The position numbers and the translations under genes are program-made. Under the pieces are notes generated by a model, which ran no database searches, was not told the DNA's origin, and worked only from the letters and a program-made list of their open reading frames with translations. DNA of 64,000 bases from Chiloscyllium plagiosum. Taxonomy: Eukaryota. Where the stretch lies: positions 3,441,514-3,505,513 of the forward strand of contig NC_057753.1 of the NCBI RefSeq assembly GCF_004010195.1. Reading direction: 5' to 3'. Positions 25,035 through 38,471 of this stretch are shown piece by piece (position 1 is the stretch's first letter; each line of letters starts with the position of its first letter).

Positions 25035-25205
25035 CGGTGTTGGACTGGGGTGTACAAAGTTAAAAATCTTCAATGTATAATTTCAGTTACATCACACTGC
25101 AAATGTTTGCTATAAATTCTGTGTTACGATGGAGCGTCGCTCCGAAAGGTAGTGTGCTTCCAATTAAACCTGTTGGACTATAACCTGGTGTTGTGCGAAA
25201 TTAAC
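25035..25205 (+). mobile_element. Short Penelope-derived (retrozyme-like) insertion with 12-bp TSD
   Basis: Flanked by GATGTAAGCTGC (25023-25034 and 25206-25217); contains a GGAGC-GTC-GCTCC-GAAA hairpin. Confidence 0.6.
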
Positions 25206-26914
25206 GATGTAAGCTGCAGTTTAAAAAAAATTAACTGTGATTCATCGAGCTATCTGTGTAAACTGACATTACTTGTCATTTTGCACTAACATGTCCTCGT
25301 CCCATTCATCACACCTTGAAGTTTTCTTCAAGCATTCTTTGGGGAGGTAGTTTACAACTTGACTCCTGGAAGTATTCAGTGTTGGACCCTTGGAAAATTT
25401 GTGAACAGCAACAAGACAAATAATGCTTGCAAATTACGCGTCATTGTCACAATGTGAGCAGTCCTACATCTATTCTTCAATAAGTTGTAGGTATCTGCAT
25501 TTGTTTTCTTACAGGTCTCTGTGGAAGATCTCGCTTGGTGTTGATGGAAAAGCATGGTTCATGGTTGTCTCTGGAAGCGCCTCTTCAGAGAAATTGCACT
25601 GTTTTCTCTTATTACGAAATCGAAATATTAATTTGCCACTGTAAGTTGCTATCGATGCCCATCGTTAACTCAAAAATGGCGGGTGCTGAAGTTCATTAAT
25701 ACTGTGTTGAGCGTTTAGTATACTCAAGATGTTTGCGTTGTATCCTTGAACCTCATTAGACAAAATTGATATGGTATTTCAATGTTGTCTCTCCTTTCAA
25801 ATCACACTGTTTCATGGCAGCTTCAAACTCGTGCAGAACAAAAGCCGAAGGGCAGTCAACAGTGGAAAAGCTATATTTCAGGTATGATATCTGTGGCCTG
25901 TCGATTTACATTGAACAGTGTTCATTCAGTATAGCATTATTTCACTGGGATTTTATGCATTCAGCGTATCCTGTATCTTTCCATGTACAGAACTTGATAA
26001 ACAACATGCTGAGTAGCTACGCCTGACACTCGAGAATTTGATACAGCCAATACCGATTCTGATGGCAGTATTGTTCATGACTTTGCTGCTGGAAAGTCAT
26101 GAACAAGAAAATAACAATAAAAATGCATTGTGAAAAATATAGAGTACACTGAGTAGACAAATGTTGGATTATTATGAAAAGCTTAGGCCCCCTTATCTGC
26201 AGAAAGATAAACTGTCATTGGAGGAAGTTCAGAGACGGTTTACTGATAATAGAATGGACGGATTTGGTGAACTTGGATGCTAGATTTTCATTATTCATGT
26301 ACGAAGATCCCCAAGTATGAGTTTCCAGTACAGAATGTAGTGGACTCATCCAGATTCAAGAACACAATATCCAACCTAGAGGAACATGCCAAAGTCGTTA
26401 CAAAATTCAGTGTAATGTGAGCAGAAACTACATACCAAAGAAGTCAATCAAAACATGCCCCAAAAAGAAGGCATAAATGAACTGGGATATCCTTCTGCCT
26501 ACTGAGGTCCAGGTCTAGTCAGTTGACGCTGCTCTATGCAGGAAATCCAGGTATGAACTTTCCAAGGCCACCAGGGATACTAAGAGACAATGTCCAATGA
26601 AGCTTTAGACCAAGACTAAGTACATGGCAACAACAGTACATCTGTACTCGATGAGCGCAATGTATGTAATGTTCACTTTGAACAGAAAGGCAGTGAAACG
26701 ATATCACCTGTCTTCCAATCTGGGATGATCTTGTTCCCTCGGTCACCACCACAGCCATTAGTTCAGCCTTCTTTAGCCTGAACGCATAGGAAGCAAACTG
26801 ACAAATAGAGTCTTCGACCATGCACTTCTATCCTGTGCGGAGCAGCTAGCAGGAGTATTTGCAGACATCTTTAGCCTCTTCTTATGCGATGTGAAGTCTC
26901 CCCCGCTTCAAGAA

Positions 26915-29082
26915 ATCTTTAAAAAGGAATGAAGAGTGCTAAAAGGGATTATGAACTAGCTTTAGCAAACATCGTTAAGTATAATCCCAAAGCCTTTTTT
27001 AAGGAGCAAGAGGATGACTCGAGAAAATGTTGATCCACTCAAAGACAAAGGAGGAAAGGTGTGCATGGGGTCAGAGGAAATGAGAAGGATTCCTAATGTG
27101 TAATTTGTGTCCGTGCTCACTGAACAGAGGGACATGATGGATGTTGAGGTTCGGGCTAGATGTTTCATCACTCCAGGTCAAGTCGGCATAAGGAGGGAGG
27201 CAATGTTGGTTATTCAAAAATGCATTAAGGTAAACAAGCCCGAGGTGTGGATGGGATCTCTCCCCGATTGCTGAGGGAAGCGACAGAAGAAATAGCTTGG
27301 TCCTTAACAGATAACTTTTCAGCATGCTTGAACACGGGTGAGGTCCTGGAGGACTGGAGAATTGCTAATTTTTTCCCCTTGTTTAAGAAGGGTTGTAAGG
27401 ATAACCCAGCTAATTACCGGCTGCTGAGCCTGGCATCAATGGTAGGGAAGCTGCCGGTGAATATACTAAGAAATAGGATCGATTTGCTTTAGTAGATATC
27501 AGTGATAGCCAGCGTGATTTTGTGCAGGAAAGGTAATTTCTTATCAACTTAATAGAATTCTTTGAGGAAGCGACAAGGTTGATTGGGGAGTGATGGGCCG
27601 TAGATGCCATTAACATGGACTTCAGTAAAGCGTTTGAAAAAGTTCCCGATAGTAGGTTGATGGAGAAAGTGAAGTCAAAATGGGTCCAAGGTATACTAGC
27701 TAGATGGATAGGGAACTGGCTGTGCAGCAGGAAACAGACAGTAATAATGAAAGGGAGTTTCTCAAAATGAAGAAGTGGTGTTCCACACGGATCCGTGATG
27801 GGACCATTGTGTTTGTGATGTACATAAATAATTTGCATGAAGGTGTAGGTAGACTGATTAGTAAGTTTGCAGATGACACTAAGATTTGTGGAGCAGTAGA
27901 TAGTGAATGGGGACTGTCAGAGAACATAGCAGAATATAAACGATTGGAGACTTTGGGCAGAAAAAATGACAGATGGAGTTCAATCCGGGCAAAAGCCAGA
28001 TGATGCATTTGGAAGATCCAGTTCAAAAGCGACGTCTTGATTAGATTAGATTACTTACAGCGTGGAAGCAGGCCCTTCGGCCCAACATGTACACACCAAC
28101 CCTGCGAAGCGCAACCCACCCAGACCCATTCCCCTACATTTACCCCTTCACCTAACACTATGGGCAATTTAGCATGGCCAATTCACCTAACCTGCCCTTC
28201 TTTGGACTGTGGGAGGAAACTGGCGCACCCAGAGGAAACCCACGCAGATACGGAGAGAATGTGCAAACTCCACACAGACAGTTGCCCGAGCCGGGAATTG
28301 AACACGGGTCCCTGGTGCTGTGAGGCAGCAGTGCATGGTAAATGGAAAAGCCATGGGGAAAATTGATGTACACTGAGTCTGGGTGTTCAGGTCCATTGTA
28401 CAATGAAGGTGGCAATGCAGTCGTTAGAGTGGTCAACAAGGCATATGGCATGTTTTCCTTCATCGGACGAGGTACTGAGCACAAGCTTTGGCAGATCATG
28501 TTACAGTTGTATAGGACTTTGATTCGGCCACATTTGGAAAACTGCCTACATTTCTGGTCACCACATTGCTAAAAGGATCTCGACGCTTTTAAGAGGGTGC
28601 AGAGGAGGTTTACCAAGATGTTGCCTGGTATGGAGGTTGCTATCTATGAAGACAGGTTGGATTAGGATTATCTTGATTAGAAAGATGTAGGTTGAGGGCG
28701 GATCTGAATGAGGTCTGCAAAATCATGGGAGGTATACACAGCGTCTGGAGCAAGAATCTTTTTCCCAGAATGGGGGACTCAATTAATAGGGAGCATGAAA
28801 TCAAATTGAGGGTGGAATTTTAAGTGAGAAATGCGTGGAATGTTCTTTACGCAGAGAGTGCTGGATTTCTGGAATGCATTGCCAGCGGAGGTGGTAGAAA
28901 CGGGCACGATAGCGTATCAAGACAGAAACAGGCACGGGCAGGGAACAGAGGGATTCAGATACTGAGAAAATAGGCGACAGGTTTAGATCGAAAATCTGGA
29001 TCAGTACTTGCTTGGAGTTCCAAAGTGCATGTTCCTGGGCTGTAATTCTTTTTTGTTCCTTTTTCGTTTGTTTCTTTGTTCT
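26915..29082 (+). mobile_element. CR1 LINE (RT to 3' end)
   Basis: DGISPRLLRE...PLFKKG.KDNPANYR, ISKFADDTK and RPHLENC; TTTGTTC-type tail. Confidence 0.9.
28037..28334 (-). mobile_element. HE1-like tRNA-derived SINE, 5'-truncated
   Basis: B box GTTCAATTCC, family core and (AATCT)n tail; inserted in CR1. Confidence 0.85.
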
Positions 29083-32000
29083 AAGACCACCATCATTCCA
29101 GTGTTAAAGAAAACCATGCAGTGTACCTTATTGACTACCACCATCCGATGGCTCTGATATCCATAATTAAGAAGTGCTTCGAATGCTTGGTCATGGCTGA
29201 CATGAACTCCAGCCTCCCAGATTGCCTTGATTTCCTGATAGTCGCCTACTGTCGCGAAAGGTTAATTGGAAATGTCATTTGCCAGCCCCAACAGCCATTG
29301 CTGGAACATCTAGAGAACAAAGATAGCTAAATCAGGGCTCTTACTTATTGACTACAGTTTTGTCCTCCATACCATGATTCCAAGCAAACTCATGCGCAAA
29401 CTTTCGTAATTAGGTCTCTGATGGAGACTTTTTCAACTTTTCAACTTGTTTTTTGACGACCTGATGAAAGTCCGCAATCAGTAAGAATAGACAACAACAC
29501 CTTCTCTACGCTAATGCTCAACACCAGTGCCCCGCAAGGCTGTGTACCCAACCCCTTGCACTCCTTGTGCACACAGAACTATGTGGCCAAATTCTACACC
29601 AACTACAAATACAACTTTGCGGACTGGGGGTTGGATCTCAAACAATAACGGGACGTCTTACAAATAGAATGCTTAACGGCATGGTCGTAAAAACAACAAT
29701 CGCCCCATCAACATCAGCAAAGTAAAGGACCTAGTCATTGATTTCAGGTAGTGCGCCTGTTTTCACCAGTGGTTTTGTGATGGAGATAGTCGAGAACGTC
29801 AATACCTGGGAGTGATGATCACCAACAATCTGTACTGGCCCACTTATGTTGACAGTACTGTCAAAAAAGCACAACAACTCCTCTACTTCCTCGGGAGTCA
29901 AATAATATTTGGAACGTCAATGAAGACTTTTATAAATATTTATAGATGTACGATAGAAAGCATCCTACTAGGATGCACCACAGCGTGTTATGGTACCAGC
30001 TCTTCCCAAGACCGATATAAAGTACACAAAGTTGTGAACACAACTTAGTGTACCTCGTAAACGGATCGCCCATCAATTGACTTCCTGCTGTCTCAGGAAA
30101 GCAAATAACCGAATTAAAGACCAATGCCCCCCCCAACTCGGTTATGCTCCTTTCCAACTTCTTCCATCAGTAGGGAATGCAAACGTTCGCAGACATGCAC
30201 GAAGAGGTCCAAGAACAGTTTCCTCACTGCTCTTGCCATATTTTTGAAAGTGCCATTTTAATGTTAGTGTTGATCATTCTATGCACCTACTCTATAGCTG
30301 TCTTACATGTAGTATATTTTTCGTTTATCTTGATGCACTCGTATTTTACGCTCTGCCTGTAAAACATGGTATACATCGCTTTTCACTGGACGTCGGTACA
30401 CGTGACAATTATAAATCAAATCAAATCAAGTCCTTCTGTGTTGCAATTATATGTGGTATTTCCTCATTAAGACACAAATCAGCTCTTCTACTCTTCCACC
30501 AAAGTGCAGATCCCCAATTTTTTTCAAATACTATTCCATTTGCCAAGTTGGTACCCACAAACTGAACATCTCTCGGTAAATCTTAGCAATTCATTTTTGT
30601 GCGATCCTCCCTATTTGTCTTCTCATCTGGTTTCGTGTCATCCACGAAATTGGTGATGGTAAATTCCCTTCCAACATCCTTAGCTTCAGTATATATTAAA
30701 AATAATTGTGGCTCCAGCACACATCCATGTGGCACTCGACTCGTTATAGGTTGACATTCTGAAAAACTCCCTTTATTCCAACTCTTTAGTTAACCGTTAC
30801 CTAGTCACGCTAACACACTACCTCTTATACCATGTACTCTTATCTTATTAAGTAGCCTTTTGGCGATAAATTATCAAATGCCTCTTAGAATACAAATATA
30901 TAATACACATATGATTTATTTTATCCTGCGGATTACCAGCTCAATTAACTATTATAAATTTGTCAATTATGATCCCTCTCCTTGATGGCATGTAGACTCC
31001 AGTTAATGTTGGTACGTACCTTTCTGCTATTATATATGTTATAAATGATTCCAAAATGTTCCCAATGACACACATAAACCGATTTCATTTGTAACTCATC
31101 AAAATGAATGTTAAGCTTCACTGTTTCAGCATGTTGCCTCGATCAAAACCTGCGAAAATTTCTATAATTAAAGAGGAGAATGTGGGAGAAGCAGTGACAT
31201 TGTACGCCCAATTTAAAGCCACAGCTCGAATTTCTAGAGACCTTGGTTCGAATCCCAAGACAGGAGTGGGTAAAGTACATCTCCGTTTGGAGTTTGAAGT
31301 GATAAACTAGCTTTTGGTTACGAGGTTCACCCTCTCACCCCAAATCAACTGGATTTTCCTTCAAAAATATTGTATGTAGTACTCAAATACAGAAAGCCGA
31401 ATCCATGTGTCTTTGACTTTAAATTCACCGGAATGCAGTTGACTATAAGTTGCACTGTGAAGACATTCTGTTATATCAACAGTCAGTGCAATGTGAAAGA
31501 TATGAATGGAGCTGAATGGACTTTCTAATGCAATGTCATGCGCTAGAAATACCTCCATATTACAGATTTATAAAGATGTCGCCACTTCTTCATCAGCGCC
31601 TCAGATTTGGACTCGATCTCAGGTACAATATCAGTGTGCCAATTTTTTAATTTAGGAGTCGTTCTTTTGTACTATAATCACACTACACACTCCACTTGGA
31701 CTATCTACAAAATTTAGAAATGCATGACTTGCGTGAGATGTTAAATCAACCCTTATTGATGGATTTTGCTTAACTGCTTCACTGGTTGCTATTCAGAAAG
31801 GAACAATTACAGAAACCCGCTGCTGCAATTTTGTTCGTTTTGAACCTCGTTTGGGCATGCTGTGATTATGGGGAATGTAGTGGTAGATTTTAAAAAAGTT
31901 CTCTTCAAACCAGACCATTAAGGGTTAATCTTTAAGGGTTAATTGGACGTGACAATGAGCAATTGGAGACAAGTGGAAAATTAGAGGTTTCGTGCAAGGC

Positions 32001-34801
32001 AGTTGTTTCAATTATTGGGGAGCCACATGCTTCAGGCATCTGCAGGACGGTTTTCTTCACACTGCATCACCTGGGAATGTACTGAAAGCACCCAGAAGTG
32101 TACCAGTATCAGGGATTGAGCAGCACTTGTGGAATTTCACCTCAAACTGAGAATTTGACCGCTACATGGAATACTGTGTGCTCCAGGACAACCATGTCTG
32201 AACATGACAAAAGTCATTTAAGCTCAGAGATCCACCCATAGGTTTTCTTATTTTTCTAACATATCTAACACAGATCTTTTTTTAAAGCGTACATTCATTG
32301 TTTTTTATGTTTATTAGATGTATTATGTATATGTACTGCTCAATATAATGTCCTGCTCTATGTGTTAAATTAATGCCTAATATAATTATCACTGGTTAAC
32401 ATATATAGAAGCATAAGTAATTTGTGAAATAGAATCATTTAACTCGCAGAGTATTTCGTTGCGTCTCACCAAATCCCCAAGCATTCCATTTTGGTGTCGT
32501 CAGTAGGATTTAGTGCAATGTTCAAAATGTTTAAAAAGGAAGCATAACCTAAGAATTCGATCTTTACCCCATGATGAAACACTAATCGTGAGTGATTTGG
32601 ATCACCAGTAAATTTCCTAGCCAAACAGGGGCGCTTCGCCAGTCATGTAAATTCCTCTTTAAGGAATGTTTTGCCAGAAACGCTGAACAATTTGGGGTTC
32701 TAAAAGACTGTTTAGTTGAAGCAGAAACAAAGTAATGGATAGATGTACGAAAAGTATTAATTGCTTTGAGATAAGAACATGCCACTCGAATGGAGGGTAA
32801 GTGAGGATCTCTAATCTTAAAGGCTGCCTTGGTGATGTCAGCGCAACAAAATGTGATGTTGATTGATGTGACTCAAACAACTCAGGACAGCAAAACTAAA
32901 GCAGATTCAAATTGCGTGTCAGTAAGCGACAGTGCAATATAAAAAGAAGACAAGGTGAAGGGAATAGTAGGTTGACCTATTGAAAATGTATCAGCTATTT
33001 ACATCAAACTTGGATAATAATAATCAAATGAGGCATATGTCATTCATGGTCTCAGAATATGAGTGGTCTGAGGGGGAAAGGAATGATGGGATGGGCACCG
33101 AATAGGTAGCCTGTCCCTTAAGAACTAATAAGGCAAAACAACAGGGATGTACTCCTGTACTGAATTTTGATTCAGGACAAAAATATTTAATCGCAGCTTG
33201 ACAGGACATGGGCAATAGACAGCAGCCCAGGGAATCGTTTGCATCACTTAAGACAGAGATAGATAAATTCTTGATTCTTAGGGGGATGAAAGATTACAGA
33301 GAGAAAGCTGGAGCATGGTTTTGAGAAACTTGTCAGCAATGATTTATCCATAGGGCAAATGGCTCGTATGTCTTCTGGTCTAATATGAATAATGCGGTTG
33401 TGTAATGAAGGAGCCACTAATGTTCAGACAATTCCAGTGGAAATCATATGAAGAGGCAGTTGAGTAAAGAACCTCAAATTAACAATATAATGCTGAAAAC
33501 TCATGGTTACTCAACTCTGTCACAATACGTTCAGAGGGTGATTAGACATAATAGCAAGTAAGGATTCCGAAACGGACACTTTGTCCTGGGGAACAACACG
33601 GAAGCGTGTAACTAGAGTGTGGAAATGACTACACAAATTGGTATATGTATTATCTATTTTCAGGGGCCAGGTCAGGAAATATTCACATCAGGGATAAAAG
33701 TGGACAAATGAAGAATACACGTTCGCTCATGAGAAGTGCCATGTTAGTTTTATTGGTACTAGCTTAGAGTCCTCTGGTCGAAGATATGACATTGCTACTT
33801 GGAAGACATGGAAGCGTGGAAGACAAAAGTGAGTGTGATACAAATGGAATATGTCGGGAGAATGCTTTCAGGTAGTATCACGCTGATGTAAAACATAAAT
33901 AGTTGAGACATCTAGTTATAAGTGCTGGGGTTAAAAGACAGAGGTTGCTGCAATGCGAACGAATACCTGTGTATACCCTGTGAAAGCGGTATTGTGCCCC
34001 CCCAGGACACGGTGCTCAGGAAAAGCACAAGTGATAGAAGTATAATTATATTGGAGGAGGCAGAACATGTGTTGTGAGTGAGTAATCCCATTGAGTCGGG
34101 ATGGTGCTGGCACTCCAGAGTCTCCGTGAGGAACGTGACAAGTGGAACTCTTGGAGAACTGTGACTAAACATTCTGGTAGCAATATACTGGAGAGGCATT
34201 GGTAGGCAACGAGACACCGGCATTATCGAATGTTCGTGTTGAAATGGATAATGGAATAGACTCCTCTGGTGTAGTAAAATTCAAAACACACGTGAGAGAA
34301 ATCAATTAACAGTGCAGCTGTGACTCGTATCTTCGATGACAAGGCAAGTAACCTTCAGAACGTAGCTGAATTCATTTCCCTCACTGTTCCATCTCTGTGT
34401 AGAGGGACAAAGCCAGTATACAATGTCACCCAGGGGTGGAATGCTTGTGGAAGTTCACGAAACCCACTGTGAAAATTGAAAAGTATTCACACAGAGATCC
34501 TCGGTCACTTACAAAGAATACATGCCTTCTCCTCAACTGAAATAAATACATAAACAAAGAGTTATCCAAAAGCATTATAAGTTCAAGACTTTGACAAGTT
34601 TTAAAATGACTGTTTAAAAAAAAATGACCAAGAAAGATGTTGCTAAAAGAATTGTTTGGCTTCTTCACAAAAGGTAGAGAAACCTTTTTGTAAGATATCC
34701 AATTTCAACTCCGAACTTGGAATGAAAAATCTTTCGCCTGCATATCTTCTTAGAAAATGTTTTCTTTAAGAACAACCAACTATGTCCGAGTTGCAATCAG
34801 T

Positions 34802-34920
34802 TCTGAGGGAGCGTAGCTGAACCGAAAACATTAACTCTGATTTCTATGCACAGGTGCCAGAACCGTAATGCTTTTCCAGCAATTTCAATTTTCATTTCTG
34901 ATTTCCAGCATCTGCAGACT
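34802..34920 (+). mobile_element. Degenerate Penelope-pLTR-derived short repeat
   Basis: CTGAGG...CCGAAA...CTTTTCCAGC...TCCAGCATCTGCAG, similar to the 3' arm of 37005-37210. Confidence 0.45.
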
Positions 34921-35599
34921 TTTTATTTTGCGTTTTATTTGGTCTAAGTGATGTTTTTGAGTGTTCCTTGAATTTCTTTTTGAATGTGATTTTAGAAGAA
35001 AGATTTAAAATATGTTGCAGAGAATAGAAACTTAAAATGCCAGTTTGAGATGATTAATTGATTTTTCTGACCTTTTTTTAAAAAAGGAAATAATCATTGT
35101 GTGCATTTATGAAATAAGGTCACCTGGTGATTTGGCTCCTCCCCTTCTGAGACTACCAGAGTTATCTCTTCATGCTGGCAGTTCTAAAGCTTATTAAGCA
35201 TTTTGGGCTTCTTCAGGAGCCAGACTGGATTTTGCTTAGTTGTTGTTATTGGACAGGTTTTCAAGAACACAAATGCAGAGTTGGAAATCCTGTGAAGACA
35301 AATATTTTGACAACAGCCGAACGAGGAACTGATTACTTTCATTTGAATCTCCAAAATAAAAGTATGACTTGAAACCACCAAGCTTGGATGTACTTGTTTC
35401 TCAAATTGGGATTGACAAAAGCACTTGATACAAGTGGTTAGTTCAAGAATGCAGTCTTGAAACTCAGAAATTCAGGCGAATATTAAAGGACAAAAAGTTT
35501 AAATGTTTCAATTTTAATTTAAAAGATATAGTGGAAACATTCTAGGTGCTTTTAATTCGTACCAGGGAAGGTAAAAAATAGGATTAATTATAGTGAGGA

Positions 35600-36145
35600 A
35601 TTAGGTGGCTGCTAAGGAAGCCTGTCAGCCCAACATCATCTGCATCAGCGCTCCCTTGCAGACAATGCTGACTGTCTTTCAGTCTCAGGGTGAGTCTAGA
35701 GGTGGCTGTCCAGCCCAATGCAGCTACCCCCAGCTTGAGGAAGGTGATGGTAACAGGTAGGTATCGGTGTGCTTTGGAGTGGCAGGGCCCTCCTTTCACT
35801 GTTTACAGCCGGCTTCCTCTTTCTTCTGATGGATGATCTAGAGGTTCTCGACGCCTTCCTGGGTGCTCCACCTCCAATTTAACGGTCCCAGGCGAATTTT
35901 CCTGAGCCGTCCGTAGTAATGCCATATTTTGCGAATGAAGATTTGATGGTATCACTGAAGCCATTCCTCTTTCCACCAGAGGTTTGCCTGCCCTTGGGAA
36001 GCTGGGAGTAGAGCACCTGCTTGGGAGTCTCATGTTGTTCTTGTGGACGGTGTGCACAGCCTATCGTCGCCAATGAAGAGTGGTCAGTATCGTAATGCTG
36101 GGGATGTTGGCTGGGGATATTAAATTCAAACAAATCCATCAATGA
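35600..36145 (-). mobile_element. RTE (BovB-like) LINE 3' fragment
   Basis: PKQVLYSQL..G.Q..GGKR..FSDTIK motif typical of the RTE ORF C-terminus. Confidence 0.7.
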
Positions 36146-36529
36146 TGTTTCCTTCTCCGATTCGAACTGAATGAGACAGGGTCAAGCAAAAAGACTTCTT
36201 TCCACGCACTGTGACGCACCACTACACTCAGAAATCGATGAATGCAGCGTCAAACAGCGGCTTCCTGCCTATCTGTGGAGTGTAAGATCTTCCATCGCTG
36301 GGAAAACCTTTCAATACATTAATGACATCCTCAGGAAAATGCAGGCTGGTTATCTTCCACTCATGAAACTTGCAACGGCATTTACGCATTCCACTAGTGA
36401 GAGAGTCATTGTGGATAAATGCATCATTGTAGACTTCAGCAGAGTGAAAGCTCAGCAAAGTGTAATCAACAGCGAGTGAATTAGTGATTGACTACCTTTG
36501 GAAATTTGATTCAAACTGGAAACTCAATT

Positions 36530-36531
<2 letters not shown>

Positions 36532-36566
<35 letters not shown>
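36532..36566. repeat. (TA)n microsatellite
   Basis: Seen directly. Confidence 0.95.
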
Positions 36567-36569
<3 letters not shown>

Positions 36570-36719
36570 TATGTTAAATTTGTAGATTTAAAGTCAGACG
36601 AGGGAATTAAATAAAGCAGCCCAATTAAAGAATTTATCCGGCTGATTCTGGCTGTTCTTTTTAGTCACTTGAACTTTTTTTTCTCTCGGAAAGAAGTATT
36701 TGTTCTAGTGACGGAATGA

Positions 36720-37490
36720 AAGCATGCAAATGCAAAGAAGAAAAAATGGTACAGTGGCCTTAATAGTGAGAGGATTCGACTTCAGGATGCGGATGTCTTG
36801 CTGCTGTAGTAATGATACCGTTTTGATTTCCTTATCTGAGGAAGGGTGTCCTGGTTTAACGGCGCGGTTAACAATTTCTAGTACTGGAGAACTGACGTAC
36901 GAATGGAGATTGGATGTCTTAGGAGGGTCGTGTCTTGCGTTTAGAAGAATTGGGGGACGTGGAGAAATCTCGTGGAAACCAATGAAAATCTAGCACGACT
37001 AGACAGGGTCGAGAATGATGTGCTGGAAAAGCAAAGCCGGTCAGGTAGCATCCGAGGAGCAAGAGAATCAACATTTCAGACATAAACCCTTCATCAAGAA
37101 TGAGGCATGAAACGTCTATTCTCTTGCTTCTCAGGTGCTGCCGTACTTGCTGTGCTTTTCCAGCTCCACACTCTTGACTCAGATCTCCAGCATCTGTAGT
37201 CCTCACTTACTCCCTATGACTGGACAGGGTACATCCCGAAGGTTGTTTCAAATTACTGAGGAGCCCAGAAAGACCAACAAGTATATAGAGTGGGCCAGTT
37301 GGGACTGAGGTAAGGTAAATTTTGTCACACAGAGAGAGTGGTGAGTCTGTACAATTCTTTGCCACTGAAAGCGGTTGACACCAAAATGGTGAACATTTAG
37401 AAGAAGGAGCCTGAAATCGTTATTAGATCCAAAGTGATCAAAGGGCATGTGGTGAAAGAGGGAATAGGGTATTGAGTTAGATGAGCAGAC
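36720..37490 (+). mobile_element. Old CR1 3' fragment interrupted by a palindromic element
   Basis: CR1-like coding remnants and 3' region flanking 37005-37210. Confidence 0.55.
37005..37210. mobile_element. Palindromic Penelope-pLTR-derived repeat
   Basis: GCTGGAAAAGCA...GAGCAAGAGAAT..CATTTC is inverted as GAAACG..ATTCTCTTGCT...TGCTTTTCCAGC. Confidence 0.65.
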
Positions 37491-37502
37491 GTAAGCATGT
37501 TT

Positions 37503-37815
37503 GGAGGCTCGGTGACTCAGTTGCTAACACTGCTGCCTCACCACACCAGGGACGTAAGTTTGATTCCAACCTCGGGTGATGGTACGGAGCTCACAAATTC
37601 TCCCCTTGTCTGCGTGGGATTTCTCTGGGTGCTCCGTCTTACTCTTACAGTATAAAGGGGCTAGATGGATTGGCCATTGTAAATTGCATATAGTGTCCAA
37701 AGCTGTGTGGCTTAGGTGGTCTGGCCATGGGGATGGGGTGGGCTTGGGTGCGATGCTCTTCGAAGAGGTATTGGGTGTGATTTGCCAAATGGCATACCTC
37801 TACACTTGGGATTCT
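37503..37815 (+). mobile_element. Degenerate tRNA-derived SINE
   Basis: GGCTCGGTGACTCAGTTGCTAACACTGCTGCCTCAC head, similar to the other copies. Confidence 0.75.
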
Positions 37816-38471
37816 TACAAAAAGAAAATAATAGTGGGCTCGATGTGAAGAATAATCTACTCCTGCTCTATTGTTTACATTTCTGGTTCAGTCATATTTG
37901 ATCAGCTAACAAGGGCAGTGAAAGAAGACTGTGACTATTGTTTTGAAATGCAAATGGAATATCGGCGAATGCTCAATGTCAGAGTGATGGCAGGACTTTT
38001 GATAAATCAACTCGACCAAAGGTATAGCTGCTGCTCCGCTGGTCTGTGAACATTTGACATAGCTTCAACGACTTGTGCAGTTCTGGACAACGGTGTCATA
38101 GAGATAGCCAGATTTGTACGTATGTTTCTGAGTGGAGATGGGCATTAGGAATGAGCAAAATAGCTGTACTTGTTTGCAACGGTCACTTGATAGGAATAAA
38201 TGCACAACACTAGTTGCCAACAATCGTTCCTGACTGGCTTGCATTGTGAAGTCAATTCTCATCATCCGCGTTCTGTACAAATCCTGAATAAGTAGTGACA
38301 AGAAACATGGAAATTAACTGCAAATAAGCTGGCTTTTAAAGTCATGCAACATTCCTTGGGCATTTCTAAATTGACACTTTCAGCAATGTCTGGAAGGCCC
38401 CTTATGTGAAGCTACGTGTCAAAAGAAGGATATCCTATCCCTTCAGTATATAAATATTTTTTGCAATCCAT

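Larger units (their letters stand above)
26790..30430 (+). mobile_element. Rex1/Babar LINE, split by a CR1 insertion
   Basis: QLAGVFADIF...PRFK interrupted at about 26914 and resuming at about 29083 with KTTIIPV, DYHHPMALISIIKKCFE and IYRCTIESIL; (AAATC)n tail. Confidence 0.75.

Noticed and set aside
31860..32500. Possible LTR-like segments (also 34980-35570)
   Set aside because: Could not define paired termini, TSD or a second copy.
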